A DNA stretch of 64,000 nucleotides. Source: a virus. The position numbers and the translations under genes are program-made. Location of the stretch: IMG/VR virus record IMGVR_UViG_3300032287_000965, positions 2,343 through 66,342 of that record; one strand, 5' to 3'. The notes beneath the pieces were generated by a model, which saw only the letters and a program-made list of their open reading frames with translations, was not told the DNA's origin and did not search any database. Shown piece after piece: positions 45,801 to 52,899 of the stretch (position 1 is its first letter; each line of letters starts with the position of its first letter).

Positions 45801-45882
45801 CTGCCAGTATTTGCGCATTTTCCGTATCACCGGCTTCATGCGCCTTCAAAAACGCACGTTCAAGCTGTCGAAGAGTTGTCAT
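36850..45882 (-). CDS. Giant virion/ejection polyvalent protein (zincin metallopeptidase, PcfJ-like, LPD38-like C-terminus)
   Basis: 3010 aa; LLHEATHA...SEFAAE zincin; GTSWCT...GDFYIY...AIRM...EIRG; C-terminal IPFFNA..QG, P.PFELG, LPQ..KP..E motifs. Confidence 0.75.
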   Translation of the reverse strand: MTTLRQLERAFLKAHEAGDTENAQILADELRRLTTPPVVEEPVPQPQSGLKANFRAGIERLLGDKDAFLAGFGVEGAAESAAAHRKKAAQIAFTPEFTDQPFEFFKSVLGGSLPYMAAPLGVGLAAAPLGVPAALGLSGLASAGQFTGSNLTRQLERGARPEDLEFGKAAITAVPQAALDVIGFRYIPGIRKIFSSAGVQIGNKEAAGIVQKYITPAFTAAGVEGGTEVGQQVLERLQAGLAINDPEARKEYFDSFVGGAVLGGALSIPGSMLEGVGRTPVQPRPEIPPEAPVSELDALQPAGNQELLALPAPEQLPQLGYTPPTRMLPAPPEKYDVYKLMDSYETLNASLDPLAEKIEAARTAGEDDVARSLIAEYRDNEAKAKALKAKIEELGGFTESREEIEGTQAKTLKAIDAKIAKLQNTISEMSRADVRDYDAVEKAEKQLEKLKAQRAVAEESFRKKQDMLRVKETPAGEQIPMFGADEAQPKSEEVLKFKTEKGDEYTATELEQAGQGPERPDQAVLGAAAKKAVAQRESVLATRREELNALLQKDTRPMDAYNRNKHEDQKHEALMRVRQLENEIGALKEGKPTKAVKEKLEGQFSSDELYGNFNLLNTAINNNDQKTIDRVLELRRKADRAAFNAQHSKLTPREEIYELLKNRIGGILRREKNYDTYEATVGDERVEFSVSEEAAKEILRLRNIVEAPRSRTVNGKKVQVRSLLQQLHDLWDDYNAREEQLTALKKAKAPADKIAKKKQQVEKAKAKYQNKFDEVAKYRQQLDAELAKLYKTTGEFAPVEGTKGEPTIKTPRQKQEELEKLGKSARDTSRQVKTAAKVQAGKVKVDKEKIAKELGEKTEAYTAYAAPRLKELKNRADKYNKFLTGGQEKLAALKEKYTDPKEIARVEQELKTAIAVRDAVPDENPIEKEKADKKVNSLEAHLINVKTPKNERYKTAEASFVKAANEKLAAFRAYEAPVLADLQAKAAELGKAAPEFKAAVAKAQEEYSETVAAGKQEVKDLRTPQVTRKIAKLGSMRTSSEESKSASQRRQEAFEAGQSEAKGEAFDYQQRQEARERTQRARAAKEAKGTAMQVAMTKAAQEKVIKEVEAREKEQGKFARGVEVESPDLSPEQVKMLEANNLAGVLRSIANDPKASEINRVVAARLAGMLDATDIVLKDKLFDSEGKEVLGEAISTQIQLSRNGGLSQEVLLHEATHAAVERVIQMPDSMLTKEQIAAKRELLAMYNAIKNDPKITSANAKSSLSEFAAEVFSNRNLQEQLRNKKWKGSSLWEGLKSVILRMLGVKIPENMLGNALKAVDLLMIPSSSKIGRAEKPVSRKYSAKDIAALHTGSNSMKQFAEQFGPEIKQKDRTPEDVDRLAAGYLAMMNTHPEDYIKQAFVTAINWDSFSRMPDGRQYDASNVEDFFTADPQVIAYASMDPSDQMLEADDVNKKRIQDIIDLTEYLRQNPDYTLAEQALVAKAASKYSVIADKNGRLKLVTISDDNLHPVAVIGHDSANAIIEELRAGKGLKDAFLDGLQKRADRNKQLNLGKQGWKKFAQADDYDAAVALNAGAAGTSWCTGRDVGTAKEQLNRGDFYIYYSNGVPEVAIRMNGTTSIGEIRGNTPNQSLSDAQQKIASDFLKKRSFAGSQDYLDGVEFRKVMLDAIQTEGTLTPEQTVRFFKAADSTTKQHMAEALEDSKTKITTGFLQDLPMFGYGTYVSEKVVRKVDDVFVRSAVNAYKEGHFFMDSLTLTGDRNDANGVVSVSLPAPYFSTAQRDSIQEQADKIFKKIAADAVAQKAESIQISGRTLLLPRGKTPEEKIAYVYKALRRISDGHVSFATKITDVKALGTINFAAKNNIEFTQLVQVKHVYMGQTEDALILPKVKSITEVLVRGEDPVMPTLSVADGTQIQFVESSRDYATLLLDGDARINRLTLNAGGNTLHLIAPDVTQIDVIDNEPNTRKIVDATFDLFSTTIPADVYSVKRQVVLNRDGSITTPEDSALVVSAIKDFGEDAYYSVAKQMQSFAKELFKLMTPNDFAKFNANFDTRLERQEEYFGTPSTGIDAEGVLQFQLRSLITNRDLPELNNVIKKIKEALASVGVAKKNIQFEPLMVGELTAPELKQEETVVDADYVEVPEQPRYAPKDVGVQEEKPGFFSFRSKEEPTDMASSFVGKSKSTKDTLMGNILGLTGRVQFVDRFAALSEAFKKGKDEGLISSLEATQGEYYLRFGEQRSQYATQALTSGSLHLKKLDDGKGYIYESRPGANMIKVAEALSKSGIKNDTQAEAMLTAYIAGLRAEKVGWEKLNLKDPARSKAEHAEVMAYLKQNPQAKDAFVEANRIYQEYNNGLVDFLVQTGAMSQKQAAELKALPYVPFYRMNGDVVELMVDKERPVRIGNIKDEPELQQLVGSNDQIMPIFTSAVQNTFMLTNMALRNQMVKDSAFLLRKLGIASTLDEGSGPSGPNTVRFKVKGEDHFAVIDSNDFGIPADLIVKGMEGIKTTLPFAIKAMGMPADILRKFVTRNPAYALKQAIRDPLTAWMTTGTSGVPILNSFKELSSMVAGRSEVERKLMASGAISSNVFTGDQRDMDKALRDITAGKPGWAKLMARADAFAMQGDAATRAVVYKDSIAKGMSEMEALLRTLESMNFSRRGLSPSMQALSVMIPFFNAQIQGLDVLYRAFKGEMPFNEQLEIRKKLFQRGLLLAAGTMAYAAMMQDDEAYKNAKPEERLANWFVYIPGEEEPLKVPIPFELGYLFKALPEAVFNMGADDRKSEDITKGMGKLVALSNPLSLPQAVKPVVELYLGKSFFAGDIESQREVKTMLPTERYRESTTELAKLLGGITGDAGITPIGWDHLTRGYTGSLGIALVSLANPLLNTEAAEVAKPTKKMHDTPFIGGMFQPVEGRGTLDAGYERMLEIQQAKGTFGRLLTEGKRDQAREFLDEYRNKVIYASLSGTVQQKVGELSKLRRDVIANPFMSEEDKTKRVEQIDKIRNNYVEKFLSVTD

Positions 45883-45889
45883 AGTTTTA

Positions 45890-48800
45890 CTAGTATTGTT
45901 TCAATACATCCTGCGCTTTCGGAGATATTGTATATCCGCCTACGCCATTTGCGCGCAAGTAGTCTTCTTCGGTTGGGTACTGAGCACGGAATTCTGGCCC
46001 CCTTATTGGATCATTTGCGTACGTTTGATACGCTTTAATGTACGCAGCCCGGCTCTTAAACCCGCTGATTTCTTCGTACGCATCCGCAAAACCAATATTG
46101 CGATCTTTAGCGTATTGGGTAATAACCGCTTCTTCGCCGGTTGGCCGACCCATCACCTCTGTTTGTTTTCCAAGATACTTACCGTACACCTCTCTAAATG
46201 CCTGATCAGCCGCCAGTTTCGAGCGATCAATACGCGACTGCAAGGTAGCAAGCCCAGAACGACCAACGTTAGAAGCCAACTGCGACAACTCCCCACCCGG
46301 CTGTCCCGGCTGCGCCATCATCATGTTCAAGCCCAGCGTCAAGATGTCTTCGTTTGAGAAGCCCGTGGTTCGCGGCGCTACTTCAGGTAAAGGTGGCGCT
46401 ATTATTTGTTCTGCAACTTTCTTGGCTTCTTGTACGGGGGTAGTGTCGGGGCGTGGTTTGATACCGCGAGTGTATTCATCGGGGTAAGCATCATCCCGTA
46501 AAAAAGCGTCTGAATACTCCGGTTTTTCCGGAGGTGTTGTACTGCTAAAGTCTGTACCGCCAGAAAGTACGCGCTTGGGAGTTATAGTTGGAGTTATAGC
46601 TTTAGCAGTACTAATAGCCCGATTAAGTCCCGGATGCGCAGCTAACCACGACGCAAAAGCGCCGGGTTTGGTTTTGTCGTATCCCGCACGAGCAGCTTCA
46701 GCTTGCTGCAAACGACGGTTAGCGGCTTCACTTGTTCTGGTGTCTTCAAGCAAACCACGAATACCCGCTGTTTTATTTGGTATAAATGTCGGAGTTTCAG
46801 GTAATACCGCTTTGCCGTCAGGCCCAACTTTTATTGAGGTATCTGGCGCAGGCGCTTCCAAACGTGGCGCTTCAACTTTTTTCTCTGCTGCAGCTGCTTC
46901 GGTTCTAAGTTGGGCAATGCCTTCGTCTGTAGGCGCTGCTGGTTTTTCTTTCTTTGGCATGTTGTCTTGTACTTGCCATTTGCCGCTCTTGGCTTTTCCA
47001 AGAAGCGGAACAATCACCAGCGCGTTGTCAAGCGCAAGCTGTGCAGCTTCTTCGTTCATGCCGTACTTTTTAGCAATACCACGAACGCCCAGTGAAGGTA
47101 GGGACATAATAATGCTAAGTGGGTCTTTGCGGTAGGCAGGGTCGTTCTCAACACCAAACCATTTACCCGAACGCAAATACCCCGCAGCTTGAACTATTGG
47201 GTGCTCCCCCGCCGCTTGCGCCGCTTCTTCAAACGTATATTGCTTACCAACAGGGGCGTTGTAGTAGTTCCGCATTACGAGGTCTGCAAGCGCTTCGGGA
47301 ATACCCAAGACCACATCGGCCATACCGGCCCCCAGCGCCAGAGGTATGTTTTTAGAAGAAGGCGCTGCGGGTGTATTGCTTGGGGTGCCAAAAATTAGCG
47401 CACCGGTCATTGGGTCGTAAACAGCGTCGTCTCTTTCTGCGGCTTTTGCTTTGGGGGCAGGCTTGGCCTCTGTCACTACTGGTGCTGGTGCTGGTGCTGG
47501 TGCTGGTGCTGGTGCTGGCCTTGTTTGGTTATACGTTGCAGGCGTTTGTTGTACTACTTCCGCTGCATTAGCAGATGGAATGAGTGATGTTATACCCCCT
47601 GCGTCTGGTTTTGCGTTGCGGTTTTGTGGCGCAGTTATTTTGGGTTCGTACGTTGCCGCTGTAGTTTGTTCTACACGTTCGGGCGCGGGTGCGGGTTGAG
47701 TTTTATTGACCGCAGCCGGTGCAAATTTTGGCATAGCGACATAGTGTACTGGGTCCCCTTTAGGGTCTGGCCTGTACAGGCCGTGCTTCCGCATAAAAGA
47801 CTCAGGAACTGAGGTAGAAACATCCGCAGCGTTCATGTGAAAAACTTCACGCCCCGGATAATTTGCCGGATTAATAGGCGTAAAAACTTTCTCGGAACCC
47901 GGACCGCCTTTTTGTTTTTTGTTACTCAGCCCTTGCTGTTCATAACGGGTACGCCCCATACTGGTAATTGGCAATTCTTTGCCGTACAGTTTTTTATAAT
48001 CTGCTTGGGCGGCTTCTAAACGAGTGTAAAACTCTTCGTCTATTGGTGGGATTGCCGGAAAAGTTTGCTTGTTTGCCGGCGCAGTACTAGTCACACCAGC
48101 CGCGCCAGCTTTACTGAATGGCAGTACGTCAAACAGACGTTCTCCCAAAGTTCTTTCTTTTTGTTGCTGAGGTTGATTTTGCGCAGGTTGGTTCTGCGCT
48201 TGTTGAGTAGACGGCTGCGTCAAGATTGCTTCAACTTGTGGCTTATAACGCGGATTTTGACCGGTTGCTTTACCAATAGTACTGCCCGGAAGGCTTGCCC
48301 ACTGACGAGCAGCTTTTGCTTTTGCTGCGTCAAAGTTGCCTTTAACAATGTCTTGCAAAGCGCCGATATCTTTCAAGATACCAATAGCTGCACGTTTCTG
48401 GTTTTCTAATGAAAAATCAGTCAGCCCCAGTTTCTTTCTTTGGTAATCCCAAGTCTTGCTCATTATCTGAAACATACCAGCGGCATCACTCCTATCGCCT
48501 TTCTTGTTAAAGACAACAGATTGGCGTGGGTGATCGTCAAAGCCTTTAAATTCTTTAAACCCAACAAGCTGATTAGCTTTTGGGCTACCTTCATACGCAT
48601 TGAGATACCGCAAAAACTTATCGACGTTCGGGTCTTGCAGGTAAGCGTCTGGATTAAACTTCTCACCACCCTTTGTGCCGCCTGCCATATTGACAGTGCC
48701 ACCTTCAGCGTAGCCAGCAATGCCTCCATCGGCCATCGTGGCAATGTTTTGCGCAGGTAATACACCGATACCTTGATCTTCAGGCATGGTGTCTTGATCC

Positions 48801-49006
48801 ATCATCGCAACTTCTTGATCGGCTATAGTAGGCTTTGGACCACCTTGCTGCATCTTCCCGCTTTGGCGAAGCTGTTGACGACGCTTGGATTCGGACGCTG
48901 CCAGCGGCAATATATACGGGTCATCCTTGTGCATACGCGCATACTGCGCCAACTGCGCATCCGACATATCTGCCAGACGGGAAGTAATCTGCTGAACATT
49001 AAACAT
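45890..49006 (-). CDS. Ejection protein with lambda-type lysozyme and M15-like peptidase domains
   Basis: EG...F.DHP...AAG.FQ....TW...DFS..NQ...WASLP (lambda R-like); ITS..RT..Q...H..AAD...GL......D.VH (M15-like). Confidence 0.75.
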   Translation of the reverse strand: MFNVQQITSRLADMSDAQLAQYARMHKDDPYILPLAASESKRRQQLRQSGKMQQGGPKPTIADQEVAMMDQDTMPEDQGIGVLPAQNIATMADGGIAGYAEGGTVNMAGGTKGGEKFNPDAYLQDPNVDKFLRYLNAYEGSPKANQLVGFKEFKGFDDHPRQSVVFNKKGDRSDAAGMFQIMSKTWDYQRKKLGLTDFSLENQKRAAIGILKDIGALQDIVKGNFDAAKAKAARQWASLPGSTIGKATGQNPRYKPQVEAILTQPSTQQAQNQPAQNQPQQQKERTLGERLFDVLPFSKAGAAGVTSTAPANKQTFPAIPPIDEEFYTRLEAAQADYKKLYGKELPITSMGRTRYEQQGLSNKKQKGGPGSEKVFTPINPANYPGREVFHMNAADVSTSVPESFMRKHGLYRPDPKGDPVHYVAMPKFAPAAVNKTQPAPAPERVEQTTAATYEPKITAPQNRNAKPDAGGITSLIPSANAAEVVQQTPATYNQTRPAPAPAPAPAPAPVVTEAKPAPKAKAAERDDAVYDPMTGALIFGTPSNTPAAPSSKNIPLALGAGMADVVLGIPEALADLVMRNYYNAPVGKQYTFEEAAQAAGEHPIVQAAGYLRSGKWFGVENDPAYRKDPLSIIMSLPSLGVRGIAKKYGMNEEAAQLALDNALVIVPLLGKAKSGKWQVQDNMPKKEKPAAPTDEGIAQLRTEAAAAEKKVEAPRLEAPAPDTSIKVGPDGKAVLPETPTFIPNKTAGIRGLLEDTRTSEAANRRLQQAEAARAGYDKTKPGAFASWLAAHPGLNRAISTAKAITPTITPKRVLSGGTDFSSTTPPEKPEYSDAFLRDDAYPDEYTRGIKPRPDTTPVQEAKKVAEQIIAPPLPEVAPRTTGFSNEDILTLGLNMMMAQPGQPGGELSQLASNVGRSGLATLQSRIDRSKLAADQAFREVYGKYLGKQTEVMGRPTGEEAVITQYAKDRNIGFADAYEEISGFKSRAAYIKAYQTYANDPIRGPEFRAQYPTEEDYLRANGVGGYTISPKAQDVLKQY
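47479..47518. repeat. Tandem (CTGGTG)6+ repeat encoding a Pro-Ala linker
   Basis: Direct observation; encodes PAPAPAPAPAPAP. Confidence 0.9.
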
Positions 49007-49008
49007 GA

Positions 49009-50097
49009 TTAACCCTTTTCCATATCGTGCAGAAGCAACTCTGCCAAACCTGCGGGGATGTCTTTATCTCTAACCGCACCGCCTTCAGCGCCAAACACAG
49101 GGTTCTTTCCGCCAAACAAACCGTAGGCTGTCAGCCCCAAACCGCCAATCTGTGACAGCATAGAAGGCGGCGCTTGATATTGAACCTGACTCTGCTGCCC
49201 CAACGGCACACCACGCAGGATGTCCGACATGAACGACAACTGCTGCTGCGGGTAGCCGCGCTGGGTAAGGAAGTCTTGATAGGCTTGAGTAAGTCCTTGC
49301 TGCTCTAAAGCTTGCTGCTGGGCACCGGCGGCTGACTGCGCTTGGATTGCTCCCTGCTGTTGGCCGAACTGAGTTTGACCCAACTGACCCAACGTATTTG
49401 CGCCTTGTAGTGCTTGACCATAACCACGAAGCCCTAAATCAGCACCAAACTGCTGTGCTTGACGGGCTTGTTCAAACGCAGTCTGCATACCTTTGCCGTA
49501 GATGTCGGCTTGCTGCTGACCTAAATTGCGCTGGCGTTCAGCTTCTACAATAGCCGAGCGGGCACCACCAAAAGCACCACGTTGTACGGCTTGTGCTTGG
49601 TTCTGTTGACCTAGTATGTTTGACTGCCGTGCAGCTTCTCTTAGCTGCGGAGCCATGGCGTTTTCCATGTACGGCGACATGTACGACTGCATAGCGTAGG
49701 GGTTCGTAGCCTGTTGTGCGTACTGCCGACCTGCACCGAGACTGCCAAGCCCTGCCTGTCCTGCTAACTGTGTACCAATTCCCAACTGCTGCGCGGGGGC
49801 AAGATTGGCTGCGGATTGCTGCGCTTGTTCTTGTAATGGGGTAAAGCCCGCAGTTCGCTGCCCACCGTAAGCTTGATATGGAGTCTCCGAAAACGCTTCG
49901 GCCTTGCCCAACATACGTTCAACATACGGACGCGCATATTCAGGAATCGTCGTTGTAGTTTGCGTAGTATTAGTAGGCTGAGACTGCCCGCCACCACCGC
50001 CTTGAGGTTTAATCTTACGGTCGCCCGTATGTTTAAAGGCTTCTTCTGGCAAGTCAGGTATGCCAGCTAGTGCCATTGCGCGGTTGTTGAATCTCAT
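49009..50097 (-). CDS. Ejection/DNA-transfer protein
   Basis: Gln/Ala/Gly-rich; GGGG.S..T.T.T..IP, Y.G.R.A.F, GAFGG.R, hydrophobic Gly-rich C-terminus. Confidence 0.65.
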   Translation of the reverse strand: MRFNNRAMALAGIPDLPEEAFKHTGDRKIKPQGGGGGQSQPTNTTQTTTTIPEYARPYVERMLGKAEAFSETPYQAYGGQRTAGFTPLQEQAQQSAANLAPAQQLGIGTQLAGQAGLGSLGAGRQYAQQATNPYAMQSYMSPYMENAMAPQLREAARQSNILGQQNQAQAVQRGAFGGARSAIVEAERQRNLGQQQADIYGKGMQTAFEQARQAQQFGADLGLRGYGQALQGANTLGQLGQTQFGQQQGAIQAQSAAGAQQQALEQQGLTQAYQDFLTQRGYPQQQLSFMSDILRGVPLGQQSQVQYQAPPSMLSQIGGLGLTAYGLFGGKNPVFGAEGGAVRDKDIPAGLAELLLHDMEKG

Positions 50098-50501
50098 AAT
50101 TTTTCCCTCATCACCTGATGGGTGTTGGTCATGCCCATTTTTTCGTACATCTGAACCAGCGTACCTTTAGCCCAGCACTGTGTGGTTGTAGCGCCCATTA
50201 GGCGCATCCAGTTTTTAGCTTCTTCAAACACGTGCGGGCGGACGATGCCTTTGCCGCCCATCAAATTCACATGCGCTACGCGCTCACGCGGGTAGTCAAT
50301 AATGTCTACCGTTACAGCACCAGTAATACCCTCGTCTGGCTCATCCCAGATCAACAAGTAAGTACGCCCAGTACGAACAGCAAACTCAACTTGTTCAATC
50401 GTAATTAGTTCTGGGTCTAAATCAATTGCACGTTGCAACATTGGTGCAGCGATTGGCCACACTTGCGGTAACTGCGCCGGGGTAATTTGATAAAGCGCCA
50501 T
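50094..50501 (-). CDS. GNAT-like virion assembly protein (putative)
   Basis: 135 aa; alpha/beta pattern ending ...MYEKMG, located among ejection genes. Confidence 0.5.
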   Translation of the reverse strand: MALYQITPAQLPQVWPIAAPMLQRAIDLDPELITIEQVEFAVRTGRTYLLIWDEPDEGITGAVTVDIIDYPRERVAHVNLMGGKGIVRPHVFEEAKNWMRLMGATTTQCWAKGTLVQMYEKMGMTNTHQVMREKL

Positions 50502-50503
50502 GA

Positions 50504-52285
50504 TTACGCTGGCAAATGCTTATCTGTTTTACTATCAACAGCTACTTTCTTTTTGCCTATGCTTTTCTTCCGCGCTTTTTGCACACGATCCATCATCGCG
50601 TAAAGCTTTCGCGCACCCGCTTCAGTGCTGCCGTTACCAAGCTCCGAAACAATTCTGGCAGGCACGACAAATTCTCCATCAGCAAGACGGGCAGGCTGGC
50701 GATTACCAATAGAAGCAGGAATAGAATCAGAAACACCATCACCCGGACCTCTCAACAAACGCCCACCATCAGAGTAATCCCCAAGGGTTGATTCGCCCCC
50801 AACGTTACCACCTCTAGCGTAACCACCGTAACCACCCAACTGCTGGTTCATGTAGTCGTAAAAATCCTCAAGCCCCAGTTGCTGCTCGGGCGTTTGATAC
50901 GCAGGGACATTAATAGGTGTGGCAGAGCGCTGTGCTTGCATCGGACCCATGGCAGGGTTAGCAATACCGCCAGACACCCTGTTTCCGCCCCCAGTTTGCG
51001 TGAACTGCATAGTCTTTGGGTCGTACGAGAATGTAGGTAGTGGCGCAGTTGGCGCGGTTGATCGGCTTCCGCCTGCAAGTTCGGCGCGTGTTTGATTCTC
51101 AGGGTTTACATGGCCGGGGTTGGTACCAAGAACAGGACGGCCATACTGAGTTTCTCCGCCACCCGCAAACCGTGGTTCCCCAGTATAAGTGCTTACCCCG
51201 GCGTCGGCTGATGGGGAAATCACATTGGTAGCTTCAGGGCGCTGCATCGCGGGGTTAGAGTACATTGGCGTTTGCAGGTTTGCCTGCGGGTACCCTGTAT
51301 TTGCACCGACAGCATTCATTGCTGCCATCTGCTCTATTGGTCCGCCCACGGCTAAACTTACTATGCCGCCAGTAGCCGCTTTGTATGGCTCGCCAGCAAT
51401 AAACTGCTCATTAAAATAGTTACGCTCACTCGAATCCTGCATTGGGCTAACCGCATACGCTTCAGGGCGTTGAGTGCGCTCGTACGTATATGGGCGAATC
51501 ATTGATTTATCTTCAGGTTTTGCCACGCCTTTTTGCTTAAGCAGTTCATTTGCGGCAAGCGCTGCCATTCCTGCTGTAGCGTAGGGGTGCTGCTCTGCGT
51601 AGTCCTTTACGTCTTGGAACGAACCGATGTTGCCAAGGTTTTGTAAGAAGTTTTGATTTGGGCGGATGCCTTTACCTATGATGTCGGCGGCTTCAACAGG
51701 AGTAGGGTTGGACAGGCTTGGGTACTTTAGGCCAGATGTCTGTAACCCCCTAAACCCAGCTTCGCTAAATCCGGGAGTTGTTTGCTGTATTACGTTAGGC
51801 GCTATTGTTCCCGCTTTATCAGCTAATAGAGTTTCTGCCGCAAACGGTTTAGCAAGCGGTGGAGAATTAGCCAAAAACTTAGCGCCCATCTGCGACATAG
51901 GGTTTGCAAGCCCGCCAGCCATGTTCTGTGCAGCAGCATTTTGGAAAGCAAGATTAGTAGCTTGCTGCGCCGCTGCGTTTTGAACTCCTGCGCCAATTAC
52001 TTTGCCTTTTAACGCTTCCAACCCCGCTGATTGGAGCATAGATGGCCCCATAGCCTGAGCCGTTGCAGCGGGGGCTACAGAAGCCATAATAGGCGCAGCA
52101 GAAGCGCCAAGCCCACTGGTCAACGCAGGAGCAGCGCCAGCCATAAAGTTAGAGAAAATGCCCGCACCACCAGCCAATTTTGTGCCTAATGCAAGACCAG
52201 TTCCAAGAGCGCCAACACCAGCACCAACAGCGGCACCAGTCCCAAGAGCCGTAGTCGCAGCGGCGGCAGGAAGCAAAGCAGGCAT
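50504..52285 (-). CDS. Ejection/internal virion protein with repeated xxGG motifs
   Basis: Ala/Gly-rich N-terminus; C-terminal GPGDG.SDSIPA...ARLADGEFVVPA..V..LGNGS..AG domain. Confidence 0.65.
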   Translation of the reverse strand: MPALLPAAAATTALGTGAAVGAGVGALGTGLALGTKLAGGAGIFSNFMAGAAPALTSGLGASAAPIMASVAPAATAQAMGPSMLQSAGLEALKGKVIGAGVQNAAAQQATNLAFQNAAAQNMAGGLANPMSQMGAKFLANSPPLAKPFAAETLLADKAGTIAPNVIQQTTPGFSEAGFRGLQTSGLKYPSLSNPTPVEAADIIGKGIRPNQNFLQNLGNIGSFQDVKDYAEQHPYATAGMAALAANELLKQKGVAKPEDKSMIRPYTYERTQRPEAYAVSPMQDSSERNYFNEQFIAGEPYKAATGGIVSLAVGGPIEQMAAMNAVGANTGYPQANLQTPMYSNPAMQRPEATNVISPSADAGVSTYTGEPRFAGGGETQYGRPVLGTNPGHVNPENQTRAELAGGSRSTAPTAPLPTFSYDPKTMQFTQTGGGNRVSGGIANPAMGPMQAQRSATPINVPAYQTPEQQLGLEDFYDYMNQQLGGYGGYARGGNVGGESTLGDYSDGGRLLRGPGDGVSDSIPASIGNRQPARLADGEFVVPARIVSELGNGSTEAGARKLYAMMDRVQKARKKSIGKKKVAVDSKTDKHLPA

Positions 52286-52286
52286 G

Positions 52287-52586
52287 TTAAATCTCCTTCT
52301 TCATCAGTACGAGGCCCATGTTTTGCCCATACTCGTGTAATCCGAACATTGCGATAAGTTTACGCGCTTTTGTGTCATTTTCAAAAGGTGTTGCGTATAC
52401 TTCATTGTAGCCTTCGGCTTTTAGCCCCGGCGCAACTACGTTAACAAAAATACTACGGTATTTCTTAAACTTGGAAGGTGACCACGCTCCCGGTGTTATG
52501 TTCAAGTGCAGCGCCACTTTATTAATCTCTGACAAGTAATCGCAGAGAAAGCACACGTCCTCGTCTTCGTACAGCGTCTCTCTCAT
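52287..52586 (-). CDS. GNAT-like small protein (putative)
   Basis: 99 aa; LH......WS.S, VYA.......KA.KL..MFG. Confidence 0.45.
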   Translation of the reverse strand: MRETLYEDEDVCFLCDYLSEINKVALHLNITPGAWSPSKFKKYRSIFVNVVAPGLKAEGYNEVYATPFENDTKARKLIAMFGLHEYGQNMGLVLMKKEI

Positions 52587-52897
52587 GGCACGATTTTCAG
52601 TGCGTACGTCGTCGTGTCGTAGTAAATATCCCCAGTCCTTAGCTTGCCAGCACCAAACTCCACACTGGTTGGGCAGCTTATTTCGCGCAATCCCGTAGCG
52701 GGATTTACCTGACTCAAGTTCAACGCGGCTACTACCGTATTGGCATCAGGGCGACTTGTGGATGCTGCGCTTGGGCCGGGGTTATCCAACTGGGCAAAGT
52801 ATTGCCGTAAGATGTTGTGTACTGTATCCGCGTACGCCCGGTCGTATTCGACGGGGGCAAGGGGCAGCGCCGGACTTCTGGTGGTTCCTGTGGACAT
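52583..52897 (-). CDS. Tail-associated hypothetical protein
   Basis: P.LP.AP.EYD......N.LR.YF.QLD motif; follows the tail hub gene. Confidence 0.55.
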   Translation of the reverse strand: MSTGTTRSPALPLAPVEYDRAYADTVHNILRQYFAQLDNPGPSAASTSRPDANTVVAALNLSQVNPATGLREISCPTSVEFGAGKLRTGDIYYDTTTYALKIVP

Positions 52898-52899
52898 AC

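Noticed and set aside
36850-45882. N4-like virion RNA polymerase reading 3-nt-loop hairpin promoters
   Set aside because: Size and the hairpins are suggestive, but I found no T7-type RNAP motifs or DxDGD. The protein shows zincin and LPD38-like features, and the palindrome loops are not conserved as N4 promoter loops are.
47479-47518. Hexamer tandem repeat as a phase-variation switch
   Set aside because: Unit length is a multiple of 3, so slippage only changes Pro-Ala linker length.
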